DNA of 64,000 nucleotides. Origin: Caecitellus pseudoparvulus. Taxonomy: Eukaryota; Protista; Bigyra: Bicosoecida. The position numbers and the translations under genes are program-made. The DNA is taken from positions 434,001 through 498,000 of the forward strand of contig CBFFRQ010000062.1 of NCBI GenBank assembly GCA_965644315.1. Direction: 5' to 3'. Below the pieces are notes generated by a model, which was not told where the DNA came from, did not search any database, and saw nothing but the letters and a program-made list of their open reading frames with translations. Below are positions 1 to 11,100 of the stretch, piece after piece; the stretch's first letter is position 1; each line of letters starts with the position of its first letter.

Positions 1-1612
1 CCGCCCTCCAGCGCCAGCACCGTGTCCCCAGCCAGCCCAGCCCCCGACGGGGCAGACCCCGGCGACGCCAGCTTCAGCCGCATGGCCACCTCCATCTTCA
101 GCTCCGTCTTGCTCAGCACCCATGTCGCGACGCAGCCGTCGGAGGAGATGGAGTAGAAGTGCGCGTCGGAGCCCAGCCCGCCCGTCTGCCACCGCACCTC
201 CCACACGGGGTCCGTGTGCTTGCCGGAGCGGACGTTGGACAGGAACAGGGGGGACGCCTCGGGGCGCCGGATATCGTACACGCGCACCGTGCCGTCGTAG
301 CAGCCCACTGCCAGGAGGGCGGGCTTGGTGGGGTGGAAGTCCAGGCACATGACGCCGCTCTCGACGGGGATGACCTTCTCAGGCCACGAGACGTTCTTCA
401 GGGACCACAGGTACACGAACCCCGCCCCCTGCTTCATGAAGTCGTAGCTGCCGTAGCCCACCGCGAACAGGTCGTTGTAGGCTGAGTTGACGGCGATGCT
501 AGTGACGTGCTTCTTCCGTGTGCGCGTGTCGCGGCCGTCCTTGCCGTCTGGGAACCGCCACAGCGGCAATAGGGTGCCCAGCGACCCCCTGAACTTGTCA
601 GACGCGTCGTGCCAGTAGCGGAAATCGGAGTAGATCTCGTCCTGTGCGTTCTGCGTCACCATGCGCTCCATGACCCGCAGCACCTGCGCACACTCCGCGC
701 CCTGCACCAAGTCCTGCCCCACCAGGCGTGGCTTGGCGGCCGGCAACTTGGCCTGGGCTGCTGCCCGGCCAGCGCTCTCTTGCTCCTCCTCGTACACCAT
801 CTGCTGGAACTTCACCATGTACGTGTCGTACAAGTCCCACTGGCTGAAGGAGCCCGCCAGGGAGCGCGTCTTCGGCGGCTGGGTGCTCACGCCACGAGAC
901 ACCTGCGCAGAGGTGTACGTCTGGGCGGCCCGCTCGGAGTAATTGAACTGGTTGCGGCCGCCGCTGTCCTCCAGCTCCAGCAGCTCGTCCAGGGACTTGC
1001 CCTGCTCACGTGCCTGCCGCTCCAAGTCCCGCCGCCGAGCTTGGATGGCCTCACGGATGGTCTTGTTCGTGTGCATCTGACTGGCAGCTTCGTCTGACTC
1101 CTGCGCAAGGGCGTGGCGGCAGGGCAGCGACGAGTGTAGCGGGTTGCACGACCTCTCATTGGGCCGGCACGCTAGCTACCCACCGTGTGCAGCACGGAGC
1201 CCTGCATGGCAAAGTGAAAGACGACGTGCTCCTCACTGCCACTGGGGATCTTCTTGTAATGGTTGTCCCCAAAAGAGTAGGACACCGTGCTCGTCGCAGC
1301 ATTCGGGTCCTTCGCGTACAGCATGCTGCAAAAGCAGAGCAGCGGCAGTGCCGAGCAAGCTGTGCCGCACCGCGAAGCTGCCCCCCTGCAAGCCCGCCTG
1401 AGGCACGCACCGAGAGATGTCTTCGTCCAGCTCCGCCTCTGTCAGCTCCAGAGCATCGTCTGGCACTGTCACAGTTGGCTCCTGAGCACGGGCGGCGTTT
1501 CGGCAGCGTTGCGGGGCGGCAATGTACGGCGCCCCCGACGCTGCCCACGCACGGGAATGTACATCTCATCCTCCACTGAACGACGCGCACCACGACGCCC
1601 CATGCCTGCCAT
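1..1612 (-). CDS. DNAI1: Axonemal outer-arm dynein intermediate chain (IC78/DNAI1-like), WD40; 3' end runs off the window
   Basis: Manual splicing (introns ~1482-1552, 1326-1410, 1101-1183) gives VPDDALELTEAELDEDISR, RNQFNYSERAAQT, MERMVTQN..DFRYWHDASD, LLPLWRF, DLFAVGYGSYDF and GVMCLDFHP..LLAVGCYDGTV. These are DNAI1/IC78 signature segments. The start codon is uncertain. Confidence 0.85.
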
Positions 1613-1882
1613 GGCTTCCTTTCCAGTCGTGCCAGCTGCACGTTCCGGCCTGCCACTCGGCCTGCACGGTGAGGCTGGCAAGCACTGAAGCTGGCAGCAG
1701 CCTGGACTCCACGCACGCTGCACCAAGTCACCTGGGCAAAAATACAGCGGGCAGAGGAGCTGCTTGAGCGGGGTTTGGACAGAATACGATTTTTGTAGGC
1801 CGTCTGACTTGACCGCGGCCAGCAAGCAAGCAGCCGCAAGGCGTGCGGAAATCGGTCATGCAAACTCTCCCCCACATCTGCC

Positions 1883-3469
1883 ATGGCCGATACCTCGCCA
1901 TGCACGCTCGAGGCCGCCGTGCAAGGGGGCCGTGATGCCACTATCCACGTGCAAGAATTGCCCCGGGGTTCGCTCCCTCGCTTGCTCCCGCACACGCCAC
2001 CCTTTCTTGCCTTGCCAAGCTCTGGCCCTGCCTCTGCCCTCCGTGGCTCAGCCGCTCTGCTCGCCTTGGCGGATGCGCTGGAGGCTGAGACGAGTGCGGA
2101 CGTCGCCGGGTGTTGTTCTCAAGGAGAGGACATGCCTGGCTCGCAGGGCCAGCAGGGCATGGTCCGGGTGCCGCTTGCGCCGTTTGCTGAGGCGCTGCGC
2201 CGAGCTGTCCAAGTTTGCGAGCCAGCTGCTGCTGCCTCACAGGCCCGCGGTGGGGACAAACGACAAAGACACGCGCACGGGAACAGTGCCGCATTCATCG
2301 GAGCTGCTGAAGGGGGCTTCCTGGGCTCGGGGTTGCGGCTGTATGTGGCACAGGCGTGCCTCGTAGCGGGCTCATCGCCGACGGCGCCCAGCGTGGAGCT
2401 GCCCTGCCTGGCCAGGGCCGTGCGAGTGGTGGAGAGCAGTGACTCCCCGAACGTGCAGCGTGACGGCGAAGTCCGCTTGCACAGTGTGAATCTGTGGGTG
2501 TCTCCCCACCCCACGCGCAGCGCGGCACACTACGACGACCACCACAATGTTCTGCAAGTCGTGAGCGGGCGCAAGCGTGTGTGGATGGCCCCGCCACACG
2601 CACTGCTGCATGCTGCACCATCTCCCGGCAAGAATCCAGCAGGTGGGCTGGCCACAGCGAGTCCCAACGTGTGGGGCACAGCTCAGCCACCAGGCTGGGT
2701 GGCGGCTTGGTCGGAGTCTTCGACTGACACAGCTCTGAGCGAAGATGCCAGAGGCACGTGCAGGCCATATGCATGGGAGAGCAACGGGAGGCAACCCGTA
2801 ACCTGTTTTCACGCGACGCTGCAGCCGGGGTCTTCTCTGTTCATCCCCAAAGGCTGGTGGCACTGCGTGCACTCCGATGCCGCAACAGCTGCTGTGAACG
2901 TGTGGTATGACCCCACACCAGCACAGCGCAGGAAAGACGCCCAACCAACCCCTCTGGACTCTGCCTTCACTTGCGTCAGGCATGGCGCTGCTGCGTTGTT
3001 GGAGGAGTGCTTGAAGCTTCAGCGGGCTGAACACCTCGCCAAGTGCACAGCGTTGGTGGCACAGCAACTCCCCGAACAGCAGCTCTGGCCAGCTGTGTGT
3101 GACGGTGGACAGCACACACGCCAGTGCTGCGATGTCGCTGCACTGGTCATGGGCGGGGTAGAGCCGCTGCTTGAAGTGCTGCTTGCACAGCCATCCGCCG
3201 CTGCGTTTCAACTCCTGCAACGTGTGTGCTGTGAAACGGCTGACGCGGTGGAAGCGGCCTTCAATGCGGTTCCTGCGCATGAATCTGACACTGCTGCTCG
3301 CATCCAACGCGCCCTTGTCCATGCAGCCCCAGCCTCGCCCTCGGGCGGTGCTACGAGCCGCTGCGCCGTGACGCTTCTGTGCGACAAGGCACAGCGTCAC
3401 CGGCAAGCAACACTCTCACAGGTTATAGCGGCTACCCTAGGTCTGCATCCTCCATCTGCAATGCATTGA
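1883..3469 (+). CDS. JmjC/cupin-like Fe(II)/2-oxoglutarate oxygenase (JMJD5/FIH/TYW5-type)
   Basis: NLWVS..SAAHYDDHHNVLQVVSGRKRVWMAPP (HxD motif) and LQPGSSLFIPKGWWHCV (distal His). Confidence 0.85.
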   Translation: MADTSPCTLEAAVQGGRDATIHVQELPRGSLPRLLPHTPPFLALPSSGPASALRGSAALLALADALEAETSADVAGCCSQGEDMPGSQGQQGMVRVPLAPFAEALRRAVQVCEPAAAASQARGGDKRQRHAHGNSAAFIGAAEGGFLGSGLRLYVAQACLVAGSSPTAPSVELPCLARAVRVVESSDSPNVQRDGEVRLHSVNLWVSPHPTRSAAHYDDHHNVLQVVSGRKRVWMAPPHALLHAAPSPGKNPAGGLATASPNVWGTAQPPGWVAAWSESSTDTALSEDARGTCRPYAWESNGRQPVTCFHATLQPGSSLFIPKGWWHCVHSDAATAAVNVWYDPTPAQRRKDAQPTPLDSAFTCVRHGAAALLEECLKLQRAEHLAKCTALVAQQLPEQQLWPAVCDGGQHTRQCCDVAALVMGGVEPLLEVLLAQPSAAAFQLLQRVCCETADAVEAAFNAVPAHESDTAARIQRALVHAAPASPSGGATSRCAVTLLCDKAQRHRQATLSQVIAATLGLHPPSAMH

Positions 3470-3508
3470 ACTTGAAATTCATGAGAAGCACACCACTACA
3501 CCTTGACG

Positions 3509-6337
3509 TCAGCGGCCCAGCACGGACATGCCGGCGGAGGCAGCCACACTGCGCCCTGCCCGGCGCCCGAAGCCGGCGGTCGCCGCACCCCCGACATTCA
3601 CAGGGGACACAGGGGGCTTGATCCTTCGCCCTGCACCAGATGTGTCCGTGGCAGCTGCCAAACCACTCCCACTCCGGTGCACTCGCATCCCACTCGTGCG
3701 CACCTTACCCGCAGCAGCGTCAGTAGCCCTGGCACCCGCACTGGGCGCAAGCGCTCTTGAAACTGCCGCTGACGTACTGCGGCTGCGTCCATGCCCACCC
3801 CCACTGCCTGCCCATGGCGCACTCAGCGCCTCAAACGCTGCAGAAGCAGCGGTGGAGGGCGTGGCGTCAGCGCCCTTGCCTGTGGATCCACGTCGCGCAG
3901 AGCGGCGACCAGCGCGCCGTCCACTGCCCACGGTGGACCCCGACCCTGCACTTGCACCCACAGTTGCGAGGATGGACTCGGAGGCTGAGCTGCGCATGCT
4001 CAAGCCCGATGCCGCGCTGAGCTGGGGTTGGATGGGGCTGTGCGCGCGCCGTGCAGCACGCCGCCCGGCCGTGAGGCGCCCCAACCCACTCCGCTGCGAG
4101 GACGAGCTCGTGTGCGCAGAACCAGCCAGAAGAGCTGACAGGGCGTCGTGAGCCGAGTCTACTGCTGCGGCGGCCTGTGGCTCAGGCGCTCCGCCGCTCG
4201 CCACCGCAGGTGCATCACTTGTCTTTGGGCCAGATTGCACCCCTGCTGGGTCATGCGCACCCCAACTCGCCTTGGCGTCGAGAAGTGCCGATGCAGCTGT
4301 GGATGCTCCCTCTTGCGCCGGGGCTCGGTGGAAGGGGGCGCCCGAGATCACAGCGGACGCTGCACACATCGGAGCTGTGCGCCGGGAGGCAGCCTTTCGG
4401 GTGGGGTCGCCGGAAGGTGCGGGTCCAGCGGAGGGGGCGCTGCTTTGCGTCTGGACAATCTGGGGAGCTGGTTGGCTGACTTCTGCTGCTTGTGGTGGGG
4501 CTGAGAGCTTGGTGCTGCTGGCACCCGTTCCGTTCGCACAAGCAGCGATCGCCTCAGCGGACAGCATCGCAGGTGGTCCCTTGCGCAGCCCCTGCGAAAG
4601 GTGCACTCCTGCCAGTAATTTCACGACCACTGACACATTGTCTGCACTACCCTTTCCGAGGGCCGCTGCCGTCAGAGTTTCGGCGGCGTTTTCTGCGGCG
4701 ATTTCGCCGTCGCCGCCGTCGGCCAGATCTTGCACGAGGGACTCACGCACGATGCGCACGGCGTCACTGTTGCTGAGGACATCCCACACTCCATCACACG
4801 CCACGATGACGAACTCGGCTTCCGGGCCCAATGCCACGACACTCAGCTCCGGAGTGGGAGTCACGAGCAGGTCGTCTGAGTCGCTGTGCTTCAGACCAGC
4901 GTCGCCCAAGGCCCGCGTCACAGCCAGACGGCCCTGTACTCTGCCCTGCAACACAACGCCTCCAGAACACATGATGCGAGCTCGCTCATCAGGCCTGGTG
5001 GAGGTCTTGTGGTCTCGCGTCAACTCCACGGCAACCTGCGAACCCAAGCCCCCCTCCTGCCCTGGCACCAGCAAACTCAGCACAGCACGGCTGTCACCGA
5101 CGTGGGCGACAGTGAGCGAACCAGCAGGGCCCCGTGGGGGGGTCCATGCGTCTGGAAAGGCGGGCGGCATGATGACTCGGCCGACTTGCAGGTGACTCCC
5201 GCCGTCCCCGCCAAGCTTTAGACTCCCCACCAGCCCTTCCACATCCGCCACCGCGCCGCCCCCTGGCGTGGGGTCATGCACCACGAGGCAAGCTGTGGCG
5301 CCACTGTTCTCCTTTCGGGCCACGCTCCGTGTCAGGGCGCGGGTGAAGGAGGGCAGCCCAGGAGAGGCGCTGTCCCCAAACCCCCCCCGGGCACTGCCGC
5401 CTCCTGGTGAGCTGGGCGAGGGCGTCGCAGACCCCAGCCCCGCCAGCTGAAACGCAGCAGAACCGACGCCGCCCCCTCCGCTCCCAGCTCCAGCTGGGCG
5501 ACTGGACACGAACGCCATGAAGGCCAGGTCAGTTGCGGGCAGTAGCTCCAGCAGCTTGCTCGGCGTGTGTAGGGTGGTGGGGTCCACGCGGGCCAAGTGT
5601 TCTTCGATGTACGAGGCGCAGAACTCAGCGGCTGTGCGGCCGCCGTGGCCGTCAAAGACGCCGCTGATGGTGGTGGAGGCGGGTGTTCCACCTGGAGTCA
5701 CAGCTCGCGAGGGCCCGCCACTGAACAGCGCGTCCAGGCCAAAGGTGTCCCCAGGCTGGAAGCCGCGGGACAAATGCCCCACCCCCCTCGAGCACAGCAC
5801 TACGTCCTCCATGGACGGCCGCATGCCTTGCTTTTCGCAAGAGCCCGCACAGTGCGCGCCGGCGGGGTTTTGGGCGGCGGACTGAGGGGGGGAGCCTGAC
5901 GCGGCCACCCCTCGCACCTGCAGCACCGTCACAGGACACCCCTCGTCCGCCTCCAGCGCCAGAGCCAGGGCAAAGAGCAGGTCCGTGACGGTGCACAAGC
6001 GAGACCAGCCAAGCCCCCCCCGCCCAGCAGAGAACAGCGGCAGCGTGGGCTGGCCCTTGGTGTTGAAGGGCAGGCCACGCGCGCCAGCTGACGAGGCAAA
6101 CGCCGGTGTCAGGCACGCCACGCCAGGCGGCACGGCGGGGAAGGACATGGAAAAGGTGAGGCGGAACTGTACAGGTGCGTGGGTGGCCACGAGCGAGTGC
6201 CGCCCTGGCACGTGTGCCACCTGCACCACCACGCTTTGCACGGAGAGCAAGTCACTGTCCAGCGCAGGAATGGCGAAGCCAGGCGGCAGGGTGAGGGAGG
6301 AGAGGTCCTGAACCTTTCGACTGGTCCCTCCTGCCAT
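3509..6337 (-). CDS. PP2C (PPM) phosphatase with N-terminal UBC/UEV-like domain and low-complexity tail; possible extra 5' exons in 6340-6960
   Basis: PPM motifs QGMRPSMED, GVFDGHGG, SGATA, VAHVGDSRAVL, LTRDHK, GRLAVTRALGD, ACDGVWDV and GSADNVSV. The N-terminal FRLTFSMSFPAVPP...WSRLCTVTDLL resembles an E2 fold. Confidence 0.85.
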   Translation of the reverse strand: MAGGTSRKVQDLSSLTLPPGFAIPALDSDLLSVQSVVVQVAHVPGRHSLVATHAPVQFRLTFSMSFPAVPPGVACLTPAFASSAGARGLPFNTKGQPTLPLFSAGRGGLGWSRLCTVTDLLFALALALEADEGCPVTVLQVRGVAASGSPPQSAAQNPAGAHCAGSCEKQGMRPSMEDVVLCSRGVGHLSRGFQPGDTFGLDALFSGGPSRAVTPGGTPASTTISGVFDGHGGRTAAEFCASYIEEHLARVDPTTLHTPSKLLELLPATDLAFMAFVSSRPAGAGSGGGGVGSAAFQLAGLGSATPSPSSPGGGSARGGFGDSASPGLPSFTRALTRSVARKENSGATACLVVHDPTPGGGAVADVEGLVGSLKLGGDGGSHLQVGRVIMPPAFPDAWTPPRGPAGSLTVAHVGDSRAVLSLLVPGQEGGLGSQVAVELTRDHKTSTRPDERARIMCSGGVVLQGRVQGRLAVTRALGDAGLKHSDSDDLLVTPTPELSVVALGPEAEFVIVACDGVWDVLSNSDAVRIVRESLVQDLADGGDGEIAAENAAETLTAAALGKGSADNVSVVVKLLAGVHLSQGLRKGPPAMLSAEAIAACANGTGASSTKLSAPPQAAEVSQPAPQIVQTQSSAPSAGPAPSGDPTRKAASRRTAPMCAASAVISGAPFHRAPAQEGASTAASALLDAKASWGAHDPAGVQSGPKTSDAPAVASGGAPEPQAAAAVDSAHDALSALLAGSAHTSSSSQRSGLGRLTAGRRAARRAHSPIQPQLSAASGLSMRSSASESILATVGASAGSGSTVGSGRRAGRRSARRGSTGKGADATPSTAASAAFEALSAPWAGSGGGHGRSRSTSAAVSRALAPSAGARATDAAAGKVRTSGMRVHRSGSGLAAATDTSGAGRRIKPPVSPVNVGGAATAGFGRRAGRSVAASAGMSVLGR

Positions 6338-7085
6338 GCTGAGCGGCCGCCTTGAAAAGGTGGACCTCCAACGTTCGTTTACGTGCTCGCGACAGGCGGT
6401 TTCTTGCCCCTTGCAACCACCCCTCTGATTCCTGGAAGTGCAGCCGCCTAGGAACGTTCAGCAGAAACACCGCCACGCCACCACATGAAACACGCAATGC
6501 ACTGCGGGCTTGCCTTGCTGCTCTCAACTTCCTGCAGCAGGGTCGAGTTCCTGATTGGGGTTGCTGTCGGGCTGCGGAAATTGCCCTGACGACCGCTGCT
6601 CCGTGCACCAAAGCACGTGAAGCGCAGCGCCTGAAGCAGAGAAACATGACCAGGACGATGCCAATCAGTGTTCGTTTTGAAGTGCATATACTTCTGCATT
6701 GCGCAGAGCAGGCAAATGCATGTACGTCCCCGGCAGTCCAGTGGAGCAGTCACACAGCACCAGTGGATACCTGCCATAAAATCCCGACGCAATGCATCGA
6801 TACAAGCCTTGCCCCAATAAGGCACCGGTACCGGAGAAGGCAGACTCTGTGTCCTTGCCCAGTTCCCTTCCTGTGCTCCGAGAGGCACTTCCTCGCCACG
6901 TGCTCTCTGCCGCACTGCAACGCAGTCAAACAGCACAAGCACGTCCACCAACGCCACGAGCCCCGCTCAGCCACAGCCCGTGCGCGAACAACCAGCCCTT
7001 CGTGTCTTCTCTCGCCTACCGGCCAATTGTCTGGGCCAAGGGGGTGCCAAGGCCACCACACCTGTTCGCATGCCCATGCGCTGGT

Positions 7086-7924
7086 TCAAGTGGACAGATC
7101 CGACAGACTCAGCTCAGCCTCAGACGAAGACGAGCCACCTGCCGCAGAAGCAGCCATGCTTGCGCGTCGCGCACTGTGGGCAGCAAACGCAGCCGCCGAG
7201 TCACTCTGCGAAGCACGGGTTTGCAAGAGAGTCTGCCTCAGACCGCTGCGTGGCTTGGAAGCCTGCCGCCGGGGCAGTGGCCCAGCAGTGGTGGCAGCCC
7301 CGTGCAAGTGCTTGTCGGAATCGAAACCGGCGCCAAACTTGCTCTGCACTGCCGGCACACCAGCTCGCCGCAACTCCCTCACACGCTCCATGCGTTGGAA
7401 GGGAGTCACTCCGGGGACGAAGTCAGCGGCATCTGCAAGGGCCTCCCGCACACGGCGTGCCTTGAGCTTCCGCTGGCCACTGCGTGCGATCTCCTTCCAC
7501 GCCTGCACGCAAGCATCTGCCTGGCGCTTTGCTGTTGCTGCTTCGTCACCCGGCATCCGCTTCAAAGCCTTGGCTGCTCCCGACATGGCACGGCCGATGT
7601 GCGTGCTGCTCAGGGTCTCGAGGTGCATCTTCATGGAACACAATCGCGAGATTGCGCTGGCCATCTCCGCCACATCGCCCTGCAAAAGGGACAAACACTG
7701 CCGTCTGGACTGGCGTTTCAGGAGCGTTTCACTGTCCTCACTTGCACAGTCGCGCTCTTCAGCGCATCCCGGAGGCGCACGAAGGATCCCACCTGCACGA
7801 CGCCACACATACTGGATATGCGAGCCTGCGTACTCCTCCTTCGCTTCGTCCCTTTCGACATGCGTGCCGTGGCACTCTGTAGCGCGTCAGAACCTGCAGC
7901 CTGGCCTCCTCCGCCAGCCTCCAT
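7086..7924 (-). CDS. TFIIS N-terminal (Med26/LW) domain protein
   Basis: ATG at 7924 and a short phase-compatible GT-AG intron (~7793-7833) join ORF 7718-7924 to ORF 7086-7808. MHLETLSSTHIGRAM...ADACVQAWKEI fits the TFIIS-N helical bundle pattern. Confidence 0.55.
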
Positions 7925-8152
7925 CGCGAAAGCTACTCAATCCTACCGGACACATCAAGCAGAAAAATACCACAAATACGATTCGTGGTCAAAGCGGCCT
8001 TGCACATCACAATTGCATTTGCTTGAATCGTGCTGCTGTGCCTACGCGCCACAAAGGGCAGCTGCCGGATGACAGCCTCCGGACCCACAAGCAACGACAC
8101 CCCGGCAGGATCGAGTGGAAAGTCACATCACTGCACCGTCGCCATGCGTCCA

Positions 8153-11100
8153 CTACTCAAAAGCCACCACTACAGCCAAGCCATGCTTCTCCTTCCCCTT
8201 GTACGCCCCCCATATGCCATCAAACCACTCACCTTCTCCATAGTCGTACAAACAGACCAGATGCCCAGGAACATGCGTCTTGATGTGCGCATCGATTGCA
8301 GCCCCATCTGCGTCTGCTGCCACGTCAAATGGAACCGCATGCACTGGCACCTCGCCGGTGTACGCCTGCAAGTTGGCGTCGTGCAAGGTTGTGTCGAAGG
8401 GAAAGCCTTCCTCAGTCGGCACCTTGTACACACGCAGAATGGGAACTGCGCTCACGTACACTCTGCAAGTACCACTCCACACGTGGCCCAGGACGGCTGG
8501 CAAGAACGCGTGCTGGTTGCGGGCAGCGATGGGTTCCCAGCCTCCGTTCAAGTCTTCATGGGCGACCACGACGTGCTGCCCCATGCCCAGCCCTCGGACC
8601 ACACGCAACAGCGCAGAACCAGACATCTCGCCAGCCTCGTCACAGACGTCGGCAAAGGGCACCTCCTCCACACGCGCTTCGAAGAGCCCGGGAGTCAACC
8701 ACGGTTGTGGGGTCTCATCTTGCACAAGCTCTGAAACGGTGAAAGTGGGCTGCGGGCAGCACGATGACGTGTCGCGCAAGGCAAGCACCAAGTTCGTCAA
8801 GCCAGCCAACGCGGCTCCGTTGTCGTCAGGCAATACTTGCCATTGGTCGTACCCGTCAGCGCGGAAGACGGCATCAACGAAGGAGTTGCCCTGGATGTCA
8901 GCCAGCGACCATCCGAGACACTCCGCCACCCTCGCCAAAAGCGGTGTTGAATCGCTAGCTGCAATGTCCCAATCGCAACGCTTCACATCATCACCCACCG
9001 GAACAAAGTCTGCGCTGCTGGCTGTGCCACTTTCGACAGACGTGGCATTCGGCTGCAGGTGCTGGACGTGGACTGACAGCGTCACCTTGGCCGGCGGCAG
9101 AGCTGCAGGCGGCTGCAGCAGAAGCTGGTCGCCCCACATCGGACCGTCTGGGTCAGAGCACAGTGCCAAGAACGCCCTGTGTTCAAGGAGCGCCCCATTT
9201 AGCTGCTTCAACTCAGCAATGACATTTTCAACGTCAACTGGCTTGCACAAGGTGTGCATGCTTGTCAATGCATCGCGAGCTTTGGAAGTGACTTTGCCAA
9301 TTCGAGAGGAAAGATTGTCCACAAAACCTTGCAAACCGTCCGAGTCAGGTGCACCGCCCGTTGGTGTGCAAGTTTGAAAGAAGCGGCAAGCATCAGCATC
9401 CAGCACTTTTGCACTCTTCACTGCCTCTCTTCCTTGCGTAACCGCTTCTTCGGCAGGATCAACGGTGCTAGGGACAGGGCCATCGGGGTGAATGGGCAAG
9501 ATCGGTCCGTCATCATCCGAATCAACGATGTCATCCGGAAGGGCTGGGGGATCGGTGATTCGGTTCGATGTTGAAGGGACATCGATGTCGCTTTGCGTGT
9601 CATCATCCGTCTCCAAACCAACAGGAGGCAGATCTTTCGTTTCTGAATCCACACTGCTCAGTTCGTCTTTCTTGAGGAACAGGACTCGGACACGGTACAT
9701 GCCAGCCACATTGGTGTCCTGCTGTGACAGCTGTGCGTTTCGCTTTGCTTGAGCTCGGGAGGCAGTCTGCATCAACTGGAACAGCCTGCCCTCAGCACGC
9801 CTGAGCTCCCGCATCAGCGAGGGCACGTGCAACAGCTGCAGTGGCTGATCGCCCGCGCCAGCATCTGTGCTGAACAACTTCAAGCAGAAGGTCCCTAATG
9901 TGTCGTCTTGCAAATCTCCCAGCCATCCCTTGATACCGTCTTGGGCTTCCAGGAACTCAAGCGGCGAGTTCTTTTGCATGTCCTTGGCCACTCGCTCCAA
10001 TGCTCCCAACAAGGAAGTGAGGCACTGCAATGTGACATTGATAGAGTCCGTGCTGCCATGTGCTGCCTCCACTTCACAGTCCTCCAAGCCTTGGCGGATC
10101 ACTCTTTGCACATTTGCGGGAAGTGGTTCACCGCTTAAGTCTGCTTCCTGCTTCCCTGGGACATCGGTCTTGTCAACAATCACTGGAAGCATCTCGATGC
10201 TGCTTCCCTTCAGATGATCGAAGGCAGGGTTCCACCGCTTCCCCCGTGTCGGACCCTGGCTGTCCATCAGGACTTGCAGCGTTGGCAGCGTGTCTCCACC
10301 CACTTCTGCTCGTGCAAGGTGCAGGAGTTCCTCAAGCTGGGCCACGAACTCCTTCTTTGTGATCCCTTTGCTCTGTCTTGCGATTATCTTCAGCACACGT
10401 CTGCCAAGTGATGGTTCTTCCTGTGTGCCCTGCTCTGCTGCTTGACCCTCTCCTCGAGCACGCTCCCGCCAGGCTTTCACATCCTCCCGCAGCAGCCGCG
10501 CCAGATTCCTGAGCTGTGACGTTCCTGGCTGAGCAGAGAGTGCAGGCACGCTTACGCCAGGGGTTTGAGCAGGGCTTGTACTCTCACGTGCTGCTCCACC
10601 AGTCTCTGGAATGCTGGGCAGCTCGAGTACCGACTCTTGGACTTCCTTGCGAGTCTGCAACGGCTTGTCGTCAGCTGGAAAATTCAGAGTTGCTCGTCCG
10701 GCAAGCGTGAAGGGGAAAAGCAGGTGGGCCAATTGTGTCGGGCGGAGATCGAACTTGCTGCGTGGCATGGGCGGCAACTTCATGTTCTGCCCGCGCTTGT
10801 ATCCCGGCGGCAGAAAGCGCTCCATCGCGAGTTCGCCCACTTTTGGCATTGGCAGCAGGTTTTGGGAAAAACGATACTTCTTACCACAGCCTCCCGTCTT
10901 GCCCCCTGCACGCCGCTGAGCTTCCTGTCGCCTCGCAATGTCGTCACTCGTCTCCTCTGTGTTGCGACCGCAGCGCGCAATGTCACAGCCTCCGCTCTGC
11001 GCCGCGAGTCTCCCGCAGTGAGGGCAAATGCTCGTCTTAATGCTGTACATCAGCATTTGCTGCTGCCACGCGGACGCCTCAACTGCTGCTGCCAGGGAGT

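Noticed and set aside
6352-8283. 643-aa plus-strand ORF and the many other overlapping or antisense ORFs
   Set aside because: No recognisable motifs; they lie antisense to better-supported genes and are expected shadow ORFs in GC-rich DNA.
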